Assembly: GCA_965644265.1 (NCBI GenBank)
Contig: OZ286476.1
Location: 31,062,001 to 31,126,000, forward strand
Origin: Glycera tridactyla
Taxonomy: Eukaryota
Length of the DNA stretch: 64,000 nt
Direction: 5' to 3'
Part shown: in pieces, positions 13,261-23,480 of the stretch
How positions within the stretch are numbered: position 1 is the first letter of the stretch
Layout: every line of letters starts with the position of its first letter
Notes under the pieces: model-generated
The model's database searches: none
What the model saw: the letters and a program-made list of their open reading frames with translations, nothing else
What the model was told of the DNA's origin: nothing
Program-made: the position numbers and the translations under genes

Positions 13261-13344
13261 GTGGAATCAATCACACCGCATCGAAAACAGAGCAACCTAT
13301 GAAGCAATCAAAGGTAATTAAAAATTACAACCAAGCTAGCTCAG

Positions 13345-13563
13345 AGCGAGTCTGGGTACGTCCCAAAAATCAGGTTCACGGTTGCCAACTTGAAGTCGAA
13401 AGTCAGTGAAGGGGGGTTCTTAGATATCAATTCACCAGGAAGGAATATTTTCGGGACAATCGACAATGACGAGTCCGTGACCGGCGGGAATATTCTAAAA
13501 CGATTCCAAACTGGACTAAGAAAACTGGTCGGGCGAGTCCGCCACAAAGATAGGTTGGTGTAA
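13345..13563 (+). CDS. Candidate terminal exon of an unidentified upstream gene
   Basis: 72-codon open frame SESGYVPKIRFTVANLKSKVSEGGFLDINSPGRNIFGTIDNDESVTGGNILKRFQTGLRKLVGRVRHKDRLV* after CTCAG (poor pyrimidine tract); AATAAA ~40 nt downstream. Phase 0 matches the 11785 donor. Confidence 0.35.
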   Translation, partial: SESGYVPKIRFTVANLKSKVSEGGFLDINSPGRNIFGTIDNDESVTGGNILKRFQTGLRKLVGRVRHKDRLV

Positions 13564-13845
13564 AGTAAAATGCCCACCGTCTTACTATAACAATATTCTT
13601 CAAATAAATAACATATCCAAAATGGTAAAGATTCTCTCAAAATAGACCATCCGGAAAAAATTGATCTCACGTAGTGTCGTAGTAATCATTGATCACATTC
13701 AATTGATCTCTGAATTGATGCGACATCGCAGAACGAAATGATTGGATTTTTTTGTTTCAGATTCACAAAGTTGTCGACAATCGATTTTCTGAGGTATGCG
13801 AACTGAAATTGACAAGGACCTCACCTTCCCCCTCCATCGGGTCCC

Positions 13846-13880
13846 TATATAAGCTCCACACCAGCGAATGACCGGCATTG
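13846..13880 (+). promoter_or_regulatory. TATA box + initiator, predicted core promoter of the CUB gene
   Basis: TATATAA at 13846-13852; GC-A-TTG with the A at 13877, 31 nt downstream; strong donor CAG|GTAAGC at 13930/31. Confidence 0.55.
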
Positions 13881-13930
13881 AGCGTCCGGTGGTCTTGGTG
13901 GAAGTTCTCCAGTCTTTTGCTCTCTCCCAG
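13877..13930 (+). other. Predicted non-coding first exon (5' UTR) of the CUB gene
   Basis: Bounded by TATA/Inr and CAG|GTAAGC. The ATG exon begins with an acceptor at 18215 only 4 nt before the ATG, so an upstream exon is required. Confidence 0.5.
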
Positions 13931-14390
13931 GTAAGCATGCTTTCTTCCACACTCCTTCCGTTTGCTCGAGATTTGACAGGACATTTTTCAGAAGTTGTTT
14001 GGAACGGGATAGGTGATCAATTCAACTACCCTGGCTCGAACGACTGTGGTTTCAGTCGGCGTCTTCAGTCCGTGGCACATTCCAAATAATCCCAATTTAT
14101 TCCAACCTTTTCGTGGCAAGTGCGGCGGCCGTATCTCCACTGTTTCACACACAAATCACCGATAATGCCGACGGATTCGCCGTACAAATGCGATGAAATT
14201 ATGACGTACCCCTTTCAAAATCGTGCACACTGCCTGAAACCATATCACAAGATCTGCCAAGATTTGGATTTTAGTATGGGATGACACTGAAAGAGAATAA
14301 TGTCAAAATCACCTCATCCATCCTCAAATTTGATTGGCATTTCACTCCAGTTTCGATCGGTTTCTCCTTGACTCCAGGGGATTGCGGTAA

Positions 14391-14725
14391 ACTCTGTCAA
14401 GTCTAAATGTGGTGAGTCCGTTTCATGCAATTTATCTTGATGTAGTCTGCATGCTTTTGGAGAGCATACGCCATCACTTCATTGCGTTTCTGCGGCGAAT
14501 CCGCCGGCATTATCGATGTATATTTGTTTGCGAAACAGTTGATAACGGCCGCCGCACTCGCCGTGAAACCAGCGTGAAATTGACATATTTGGAGCTCTTA
14601 TTAGAAATATACATGCGATCGCATTTCTAGTCGCCGGAGATGTCAACAATAACTGTCCGCGTGTTTCGTTTCAAGCCGATGCAAAAACGCGATTCCAGGG
14701 GCAGAAAACGTACCCGCCGCAGGCT
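14391..14725 (+). mobile_element. MITE family M copy
   Basis: CTCTGTCAAGTCTAAATGTGGTG start ... GAAAACGTACCCGCCGC end; a reverse fragment also lies at ~14110-14260. Confidence 0.7.
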
Positions 14726-15339
14726 TTAGTTTCTATGCGAAAATTTCCTCACCTAGCTCCAATGTTTGTCCGTTGATTGCTTTATTTCGAGATCAGCATA
14801 ACTGTTGGCTTTCACTCGATCCCTGGAAATAATCACCTGTCGAGACCTGAAATGTACACCGTATCGACATTTCAGGCGACCGAAAATATGATCTTCGAGA
14901 TGTAGTTCATTTCTATTGTCGTCCCCATTATCCCAAATATCAATTGCGCTAAAAGTTGTTTACGCGAGGTTGCCGGCAGGATCATATTTCATGTCCGAGA
15001 TCTTGTGAATTCCAACTCGAATTAGATTCTGGATGATCTATCTTTCCTCGTATTTTGCCCCTAGAATACAGTGAAGCCTTCCAGCACCCATTGTCAGAGC
15101 AACAAATTCGCATTTGGTGAGGATGACTCCTTTTGAATGACATGGTTGCCCGAAATGCACTTGGGATTTCATCCCAAATTCAGAATTCTATAGGGATGAA
15201 AGCGGAACTGGAAGTCACTTGAAGTGCCACCTTGTGTCGATGCAGTGAAACTCTGATAAAAGTTGGAACTAAATTATCCCCAATAATCTGTATCAAACAA
15301 CCACCGGTGTTTTCTAAACATGTGTGAGGCGGTTTGTTT

Positions 15340-15770
15340 GCGCTAGTGTGAGGTCAAAGAATGTCGATTTAACGCTGGTTTTGCCGCAAGTGTACCGGTC
15401 GTATCTCTACTGTTTCACGTACAAATATTTGCCGCTAATGGCGGTGAATTCGCCGAAAAAATGCAATCAGACGATGGCGCATCCCCTTCAAAAGCAAGCA
15501 GAATAACCAAAACCAGGTTCAATGATCCCTGGAAGCTCTCAAAACTTAGATCGGACAAAAAATTGCGAATTCATCGCATGAAACGTACCCGCCACGTTTG
15601 GATTTGAAAGCATTTGTTCCTGGCGGGATTCGTCTAGGTTCCCTTGTATATTTCACCTTGAGTGCCAAATATGTCGATTTCACGCTGGTTTCGCGGCAAG
15701 TGCAGCGGTCGCATCTCCACTGTTTCCGTACGAATATTTGCCACTAATGTCGGTGAATTCGCCGAAACAA
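15340..15770 (-). mobile_element. Two partial MITE family M copies (reverse)
   Basis: GTCGATTTAACGCTGGTTTTGCCGCAAGTG..GAAACGTACCCGCCACGTTTGGATTTG, then GTCGATTTCACGCTGGTTTCGCGGCAAGTGC. Confidence 0.7.
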
Positions 15771-16332
15771 GAAAGCAGAAAGCTGCAATAAAAAATGTGG
15801 CTATACACCATCTAGCATATAAACTCCTTATGAGAGAATTCATCAGACATTTCCCATATTGAAATGACCAAGGTAATGGGCCCTGTGAGAAGTGGGAATG
15901 TTGGGCTGTAGCGAATGCACCACTTTGAAATTGACACAAAGCTTGTTGATTTCCTTGCCTCTAAATTGAAGGAGCCCCCTGCTTTGAAATTGAAGCCAAC
16001 CTTGTTGATTTTCTAACTGCAACTTGAGGTACTCTCCTGCTTTGAAATTGACACACAACTTGTCAATTTCGTCACAGCTCTCTGTGGCCACTCAACCAGA
16101 ACCTCTGCAGGAGGTCTCTCTATGTACATTTCATGAAATCTGATCACTGACCACTTTGCTTGCCTTCAAACATTTGCCAATTCAACTCTCTGACTATTGA
16201 CCACATGCTGTTTATAGCTCAAAACAACTGCTAACTTGCAGACGGCCCAAACATGGAGGAATGTTGGCAAATGTTGTTTTGTCAGAGTTAGAGCTGTCTG
16301 TTGGTGTCAGATAATGTAAGGTACCTTACTAA

Positions 16333-16769
16333 AGTCTGTCAAGCTTAATCTTGGCGGGTACATTTTTCCGCCCTAGCATCGCGAATTCACATCAGATTGT
16401 AATGGGATTTGCAGACGGACATTGTTGACATCTCCGACGACTAGAAATGTGATCACGGCGAGGTTCCCTTGTTTACTTCACCTTAGAACGCAAAATATGT
16501 TAATTTCACGCTGGTTTCGCGGCAAGTGCGGCGGCCGTATTGCCACTGTTTCTCATACAAATATTCGTCGACAAAGGGGCAGATTTGCTGAAGAAATGCA
16601 ATGGAATGATGGCGTGATCCTCTGAAAAAACACGCAGAATAACCCGAACCAAGTTTGATAATCGCCGGAAGTTCTACACAATTCATTCGTGCTTTTGAAA
16701 CTGAAATTTGAAGAGAAATGGTGAAATGAGTGCTTGAAACGTACCTGCCACATTTGAATTTGACAGACT
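16333..16769 (-). mobile_element. Full-length MITE family M copy (reverse)
   Basis: AGTCTGTCAAGCTTAATCTTGGCGGGTAC ... GTACCTGCCACATTTGAATTTGACAGACT; terminal inverted repeats at both ends. Confidence 0.8.
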
Positions 16770-16859
16770 GTAGTGACTATGTTGTCATTTGAACATGACT
16801 TCTGTCAGGTATGTTGAATCCAAGATGGCAGCCTCCATGACCTGACCCTGTCTGGTAAC

Positions 16860-17130
16860 CAATTGTGGCTACAATTTGGAAAAATGCAATCAAATGATGG
16901 CGCATTCTCTTTAAAAGCAAACAGAATGACCGAAACCAGGTTCGATGATCGCCGGAAGTTCTATGCAATGCATTAGTGTCATCAAAACTTAGATCAGGCA
17001 GAAATGGCGAATTCGACGCATGAAAGGCACGAATCCGCCGGCATTATCGTCCGATCTTCCTACTTGAATCAATGGAGATACGGCCGCCGCACTTGCCACG
17101 AAACCAGCGTGAAATCGACATATTTGGCGC
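16860..17130. mobile_element. Rearranged MITE family M fragments (reverse then forward)
   Basis: Reverse core to ~17020, followed by forward GAATCCGCCGGCATTATCG..GAAACCAGCGTGAAATCGACATATTTGGCG. Confidence 0.6.
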
Positions 17131-17550
17131 TCTAGCGTGCTAGGCGCACTTTGTTCTCAAAGCAGTGACTGTTGAGTTAATGATTCACTGGTCGAGAATG
17201 ACCCCCAGTCAGAGAAGGTCGGCCGTGAAAGCTCTGTAAGGTGGGACAGTCTTGCATTATCGATGGTGACACACAGTCCCGTGTGTAGCCTGGTCGCTGT
17301 TTCTGATGTCTAGTAAATTATTGAGGACTAGGACATTCTTTAGGTCAAGAGTTCAACGTCTTATACACCTCGCGCATTCTGCATTCATGGCCGTCGCCAT
17401 CTTGGAAATCCACAATAGACTACTTCACAGAGTAGACTGAGGGCCCATTCGACCGGTACTTAATGAAAAATCGTTACTTCACGGCAGATTTTCCCCGAAC
17501 AGTAACTAGTTCACGATCGTGGAGTAACCCTACTGATCGAATGTGAATGA

Positions 17551-17930
17551 TAGTCTGTCAAGCTCAATCGTGGCGGGTACGTTTTACGCCCTAGCATCGC
17601 GAATTCACATCGGATTGAAGTGACTCAGACAGACATTGTTGACATCTCCGGCGACTAGAAATGTGATCTCGGCGAAGTTCCCTTGTTTATTTCACCTTTG
17701 AACGCCAAATATGTAAATTTCACGCTGGTTCCGCGGCAACTGTGGCGGCCGTATCTTCATTGTATCACATACAAATAATCGCTGATAATGCCGGCGGATT
17801 CGCCGAAAAAATGCAATGAAATGATGGTGTAGCCCTCTTCAGAAGCAATAGAGTACCTTGAACTAGGTTCGTTAATCGCCGGAAGGCCTATACAATATAT
17901 TTGTGCCATCAAAACTCAGATCAGGCAAAA
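17551..17930 (-). mobile_element. MITE family M copy (reverse, one end truncated)
   Basis: TAGTCTGTCAAGCTCAATCGTGGCGGGTACGTTTTACGCCCTAGCATCGCGAATTC. Confidence 0.8.
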
Positions 17931-18218
17931 AAATGAAACAGCACTGGTTAGTGACATCTAGTGGCAACTATCGAAAATATGTTCACCTCATTCGCTAGAT
18001 GAATTGATAGAAAAATAATTACAATTCTTCGTATAGATAAGCATAGCCTCCCATAGAAATGTATTTGTTCTGCAGCATAATTCGCTTTCCAGGGTGAAAT
18101 TGACAAGGTAGCTTCACTGAGATCACATTCCTAGTTGCCGGAAATGTCGAAAATGTCTTGTCAGCGTGTGAACTTATGTGATTGATGATGTGGATGTCTT
18201 TTCCTTGCTTACAGATTC

Positions 18219-18277
18219 ATGATGGTTCGTTCCCAGCTTCTAGCTATTTTCGCTTGCCTCGCCCTGTGCAGCGTGCT
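18219..18277 (+). CDS. Secreted 3xCUB protein, coding exon 1 (signal peptide)
   Basis: TCCTTGCTTACAG|ATTC ATG; MMVRSQLLAIFACLALCSV(L) is a hydrophobic leader; CT|GTAAGT donor, phase 2. Confidence 0.8.
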
Positions 18278-18548
18278 GTAAGTATTTGATATCTGCACAA
18301 TATTCATTATCTACTTTTTCTTTGACTCCAGTCGAAATATCTTTGATCACAGTGGGTGTTGACTGGAGTATGGTCAGATATGACAGCCCGAGTTTAATGT
18401 TCGCGAGGAGTCGGTGGAGGTGTGTCTGAACTGACTGTCCATTGCCTAGGGTGGTCTTTTGGGGAGGCGGTCTTTTTAGTGGCGGTCTTTTCGAACAGGT
18501 TGAATTGCACTGGAAGGGGCATTCGCTCTTACATCGTCTCATTTTGTA

Positions 18549-18694
18549 CAGTCGAACCTGCTCTTAAGACAACCCCAATTTGAAGGTCACCCTGAGCACC
18601 CATCGTGATAGTATCTCCAACAGTGAGTGACGCCACCTGCCTATAAAGGCCACTTTCGTGCAAGCAGAGGTAAATTCAATCACAGGTTTGACTG
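18549..18694. mobile_element. pogo/Tigger-like (Tc1/mariner) MITE
   Basis: TA-CAGTCGAACC ... GGTTTGACTG termini; internal AAGACCACC/GGCCACT motifs as in copies at 34540 and 39937. Confidence 0.7.
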
Positions 18695-18880
18695 TGCTTT
18701 CCATGTGACCTTCCTTGGTATCTGGAAGGTTTGCCAGCCCTCTATCCCTATGAGATAATCTAATGCGGCACTGGGAGTGCGAGAAGATAGGAGCAACTCA
18801 ATTCTCACCCGAGATTGAGGAATAAGTGCCAATATGCTAACTACAGGGATTTGATTTTATTGTGAATATTCTCTTTCCAG

Positions 18881-18960
18881 TGTATCAGGCGGAAGCAAGA
18901 AGATGGCGAAGAAAGAATGGGGGAAACGCATGTTTGGAAGATTGATGCAGAAATCTCTGG
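18881..18960 (+). CDS. Secreted 3xCUB protein, coding exon 2 (basic pro-segment)
   Basis: CTCTTTCCAG| ... G|GTGAGT; 80 nt bridges phase 2 to phase 1 exactly; VSGGSKKMAKKEWGKRMFGRLMQKSL. Confidence 0.75.
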
Positions 18961-19546
18961 GTGAGTGGAGTATAAAGTTTTGTCTGTCCTCTGTCAGATC
19001 CGAATGTGGCGCGTACGTTTCAGGCGCTAACTTCGTCAATTTTCGTCTGATTTTGACTTTTGATTGCACGAATGCATTGCACAGGTCCTCCGGTGATTAT
19101 CGAATCTTGTCTCGGGTGGTCCGTATGCTATATTTATCATCCGGTGACGGGTCTAGCAAGTTGGTAAGCGTCGCCTACCCTGGCCGTCAGCAGCTTGCTG
19201 GTAACCCGTGCCCGTAGAATCCAGGATCGAGCGGACAGATCACGTGATGCAAAAGCGCCAAAGCTGATTGGTCAGTAAGACAATCGTTCGCGAGAGAAAC
19301 AATCGAGGTCAAGGGTCAACTGGCTGTGTCGCGCATCCGAATCATGCAGCGTCTCGGCAAATATTAGTAAAGATGCTTCTAGAAAAATCGATGTAACTTA
19401 TCAACCAGTGGTCCTATTTTTACGATTTATATATTATCCTATCTATTTATCGGATGATTAATATCAAATGTCCCTCGTCCCCGGCACGGAGACGCGTTAC
19501 GGGCCGAGTAGCCGTTCCCGGGACTGCACGAGTGGCCGTGGATTAT

Positions 19547-19703
19547 AGCAAGAAGTACCCGCTGGAAGTGATCGGGATTTTTCCCAACGAGGTGCGACTC
19601 CCGTCGCCGGGAGTCCCTAGGCCGCAGGCCGAGGGGCCCTCGGCGCCGGGAGCGCTCCGAGTTGGGGAAAAATCCCGATCACTTCCAGCGGGTACTTCTT
19701 GCT
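19547..19703. repeat. 157-bp fold-back (42-bp near-perfect inverted arms, GC-rich core), probably part of a non-autonomous element
   Basis: AGCAAGAAGTACCCGCTGGAAGTGATCGGGATTTTTCCCAAC vs GTTGGGGAAAAATCCCGATCACTTCCAGCGGGTACTTCTTGCT. Confidence 0.85.
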
Positions 19704-20469
19704 TTTCTCTCACGACTATATTGATATGATATGTGTCAAAAAAGCTGGAATGCAAATAATAAATGTTGCGAGTGTTGAAGGTTTGCCAATTAAGTTGCCA
19801 GGTTGCGAGAGTAGTCCTGACGCCATGGGCCTTCGACAACGATACAAAACTAGGGATTTTTTGAGTTCGATTGTTTTGATGATTTCACTAATATAGATGA
19901 ATATCCTATCAAAAATGGAGTAATATCATTTGTCGGACTTACAACATGTTCATTTGTGAAAATAATGGTTAACGGCAGGTAAAAAGCTTGTTTTTGTGCT
20001 TCGTTTGTTCCAAATAATTGCCGCGGCGGCAGCGTAAACAAACCACGCTCGGCGATCGGCAATGTTCGGCTTGCTCACGGAAACAGCCGAAGCCAGGTGG
20101 GAAAGATCGATCCCAGGTGGGAATGATCGACACAATTCCACACCCCCTGATCATTCCCTCAAAATGGCCCTGGTCGTGAGAAAACACGAGTGCAGTCCCG
20201 GTGCCCGGCACTCGGAATATTCTCTATAAAAGCCAGCGTGAAATTGATATACCCGGCGGTCTAAGTGAAATCACTTCGCCGTGATCGCATTTCTAATCGT
20301 CGATGATGCGAGTTGGCGATATTAGGGCGATATCGTACCCGCCTCGATCATACTTAATGGGACTTGGCTAGAATTTTGGCATAAGTGAGCAAGAGTATTC
20401 AGTCAGGTTCGATAATCACTTGTACAATTCATTCAATCTTAAAATTCATCGAGTAATTGTGACATATGA

Positions 20470-20675
20470 TCACATGGATGTGACATTTCAGTGAAGTATC
20501 AGGTGTTGAGTATTGTGTGTAATACTTCACAGCTGGGTGAGAACTACTTTTTGACAGATTTCTCCCAAAGTCTGTGATAAAAGCAAGATTATATGACCGT
20601 GAGGTAAACACGGAATGACATTCACACCTCGTTTGGTATTGCGTTTTTCATCACGGCCATATAGTCTTGCTATAA
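20470..20675 (+). repeat. Dispersed repeat family C, copy 2
   Basis: Homologous to 3930-4137 and 30890-31100; ends CACGGCCATATAGTCTTGCTATA. Confidence 0.75.
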
Positions 20676-21245
20676 TCTTGCGAAATGTACCCGTCATGTT
20701 TGGATCTTGAGTTTACTCTGCCTGAAATCGACTGTTTTGTAGTGATTTGCCGATGTTCGAATATAGAAGTAGTTTCGATAGCTCCAACTGGTCAATCATT
20801 CGAATACTAAAGTCATGTTGGATTACTGTTGTTTCAATGATTCATTGCTATCATGTCCACCTGCATCCGACCAGACTGTTTATTTCGACGTGGGAAGCAT
20901 TGCAACTGACCCCTACATCAGTCCACCCTGTCCTCTTCAGTCACATGCTGGAACAATTGGTGCTCGGATTGAATGGAAAATAATTTATCACGGGAACTGA
21001 ATGTAGCCTTGCACAAGGCAAGTTCTCAGTTTATAATTTTGATTCCACCCCCGAATGTTATTTCCTTGACTTCGCGAAGGAAGTACATAGAAAAGAGGAC
21101 CAGAATCGAAGAATTCCGTCGTGAATTACACGAGTACAAAATATGGTTACTCAAACATTGTTTGAAAGTTTGCATTTTACATTTTTCTAACGTTTCGAGT
21201 TTGAATCTCAAAATCAATACATCACCTGTTTTGATTTGTGTGCAG

Positions 21246-21352
21246 CGAAGCGTAACAGGATTGACGTCACAGAGGCGGGTAACATCGTCACGCCCAACCC
21301 GTACCCAGCAAGTGCGAGGGACGCCTACATCATCGCGGCACCTAGTGGAGAG
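21246..21352 (+). CDS. Secreted 3xCUB protein, coding exon 3 (start of CUB1)
   Basis: TTTGATTTGTGTGCAG| ... GAG|GTAGGT; KRNRIDVTEAGNIVTPNPYPASARDAYIIAAPSGE matches the CUB G.I.SP.YP...I.AP.G pattern. Confidence 0.88.
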
Positions 21353-21408
21353 GTAGGTCAACCTAGTCCCCGAAACCTGTACACTTCATGTATTCCTGCT
21401 TTTACACA

Positions 21409-21500
21409 TGATAATAATAATGATGATGATGATAATGTGCATTTATATAGCGCCTTTTCCTCAGAGCTCAAGGGCACTTTACATATGCATGTAGGCCTAT
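21409..21500 (-). mobile_element. L2/CR1-type LINE- or SINE-derived 3' tail
   Basis: Minus strand AAAGTGCCCTTGAG..GGCGCTATATAAATGCACATTATCATCATC, a typical L2-related 3' end with trinucleotide tail. Confidence 0.55.
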
Positions 21501-22915
21501 CTGAAAGAAAGAAAAAGTGAACCGAGACCTGAGATAGTGTGGTCAAGGTGGGATGCAGGAATGAACGAGTATGTCTTGATTCTGGACTTGAGGATGTTGA
21601 TAGAAGATGCAGTTTGATTTCCAGAGGGAGAGAATTGTATATAAAACAAAGCATAAAATGTAGCTATATTGACCTACTGACCAACCTGTCTCGTGACCTA
21701 CTGAGCAAAAGGCTCATTTATCTAGCACGGACCTGAATACTTCTGGGAATCTCACCATGTTGTTTCCTGTCTTAGCACGGGCAGGTTGTTCATGCAGGCG
21801 GACTCCGGTGGGAACATTTGTTCCACATCCGTCGTGTCGCCGCCATGTTTGGACATCTACCTGCATTATATATTATTTACCTAGGATTGAGCTTTGGAAA
21901 GGAAATAGGGCAGTTTTGATCAATTCATCCATCTACTGTTGAAACCATCATACTACCACCTGTAGGAGTTCCCCGTCTTATGTTCATACAGTCAGTTGTC
22001 CTAAGCATGAAGTCACGGGAGGTTGACAAAATGTGTGCTTAGGGCATGTTCATGCTCAGAACAGGTCAATTATAGTGAAACATATTCTGGCGGGATAAAG
22101 AAAATCCAGTTTCTTAGGGCAAGTTGTAGCTTACTACAAGTCTTGTTAGGAAAAGTTTGACTGTATATAGATCAGATGTTCAGGGTTTGTGAGTGATGCC
22201 TGCAGAGACTTTCAATAGATCAGAAATGCATGGAATGCATAATCTTCGGGTGGATATACTCGACACTGCAACCATTTAACTCCTGTCCTTATATCGGAGA
22301 GAAACGATAAATTGCCCTCGGACAAACTCAAATCAGATTTCAAAGAATAAATCCCATGAGCTTTGAAGACCGTTTTCAGCAAGTTCATACAGGAAATTAA
22401 TTAGGTCTTTCCAAACAGTCCGATTTCTCTCGCATATCAGAATAGAGGACATGCCTGCCCAGTGCATGCAGACTAGGAAATAAAGGCTGGTCGTTCGTTG
22501 TGCTGCATGCAAGTAAAAAAAGCCGACTTGTTTTTCAAGTAGGGGGAAGTTTTCTGGTAGTGGAGTGCTTTCATTGGCTAATTATGATATATTTCCGGTA
22601 TTACTACACAATACTTCTGGAATGCAATAACTTGTCTAATTTCTGATAGAAATCCTATTGTACAATCGAATTGCTCATTACAATGTGGTGTAGAGTACAT
22701 TATCTTGTATGATTGCATACAGGTATTCTTACTTCATGGATATCTTAAGTTAAAATGCTCCACGATACACCATTGCAATGTACAAATTACATTTTTCCAG
22801 CAATCATTGCTACGCTTTGAGGAAGAAACATTGCTATAAGGCTTGAGTGTCAGCTTCCAGCCAGATATATATAAACCTAGGATGCCATATTAACTATATA
22901 TGTCCGGTAGGTAGA

Positions 22916-23085
22916 GGTGTATGAACTGTCAGTTACTTCCACTTGACAACCAGGTTCCCCATCATTTTGTTCAGGGTTTGTGAGTGATGTCTGCAGGAGA
23001 GAGAACATCTAGCTTTCATTAATCAGAAACACATAGCAAACATAACGTCAGGGTTGATACATGCCGTTAGATCTCAAACAAACAC
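22916..23085 (+). mobile_element. SINE family A copy (partial copy also ~22158-22250)
   Basis: GAACTGTCAGTTACTTCCACTTGACAAC..CAGGGTTTGTGAGTGATGTCTGCAGG..GCCGTTAGATCTCAAACAAAC. Confidence 0.8.
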
Positions 23086-23244
23086 AAATTCAGCAATTAT
23101 CCGCTTTCTTGTCGATTTGAACTTATCTCCAGCATGGCTCTAACCGCCCCTAGCCTGTGAGGAAGCAATCTGTCTTGTATGCTATGGGAACGAGGTTAAG
23201 TGATTATTCGATGCAATTCAACAGCACACGATTACCTATTTCAG

Positions 23245-23480
23245 ACGGTGACTTTGACGTTGAACGAGTTTGACCTGGTGTCGACGCCGAACTGTGAGGA
23301 CGATGCGGTGTACATCTACGACGGGCCGACGTTCCGGGACCCGCTGTTGGCCGGACCTCTGTGCGGACCGCTCGCCGAGCTTGACCAAGCCCGCTTCGTC
23401 TCCACCGGCAACGAGATACTGATCTGGTTCCGTTGTGAAACCAACCCCACCAACGAACGTGGATTCAATATCACTGTCGC
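23245..23480 (+). CDS. Secreted 3xCUB protein, coding exon 4 (CUB1)
   Basis: CCTATTTCAG| TVTLTLNEFDLVSTPNCEDDAVYIYDGP...LCG...STGNEILIWFRCE...GFNITV(A) GC|GTGAGT; clear CUB motif. Confidence 0.92.

Noticed and set aside
18332-18351. Alternative 20-nt micro-exon bridging exon 1 and exon 3
   Set aside because: Would need a 54-nt intron and a weaker donor; the 80-nt exon at 18881-18960 has better sites and the same phase.
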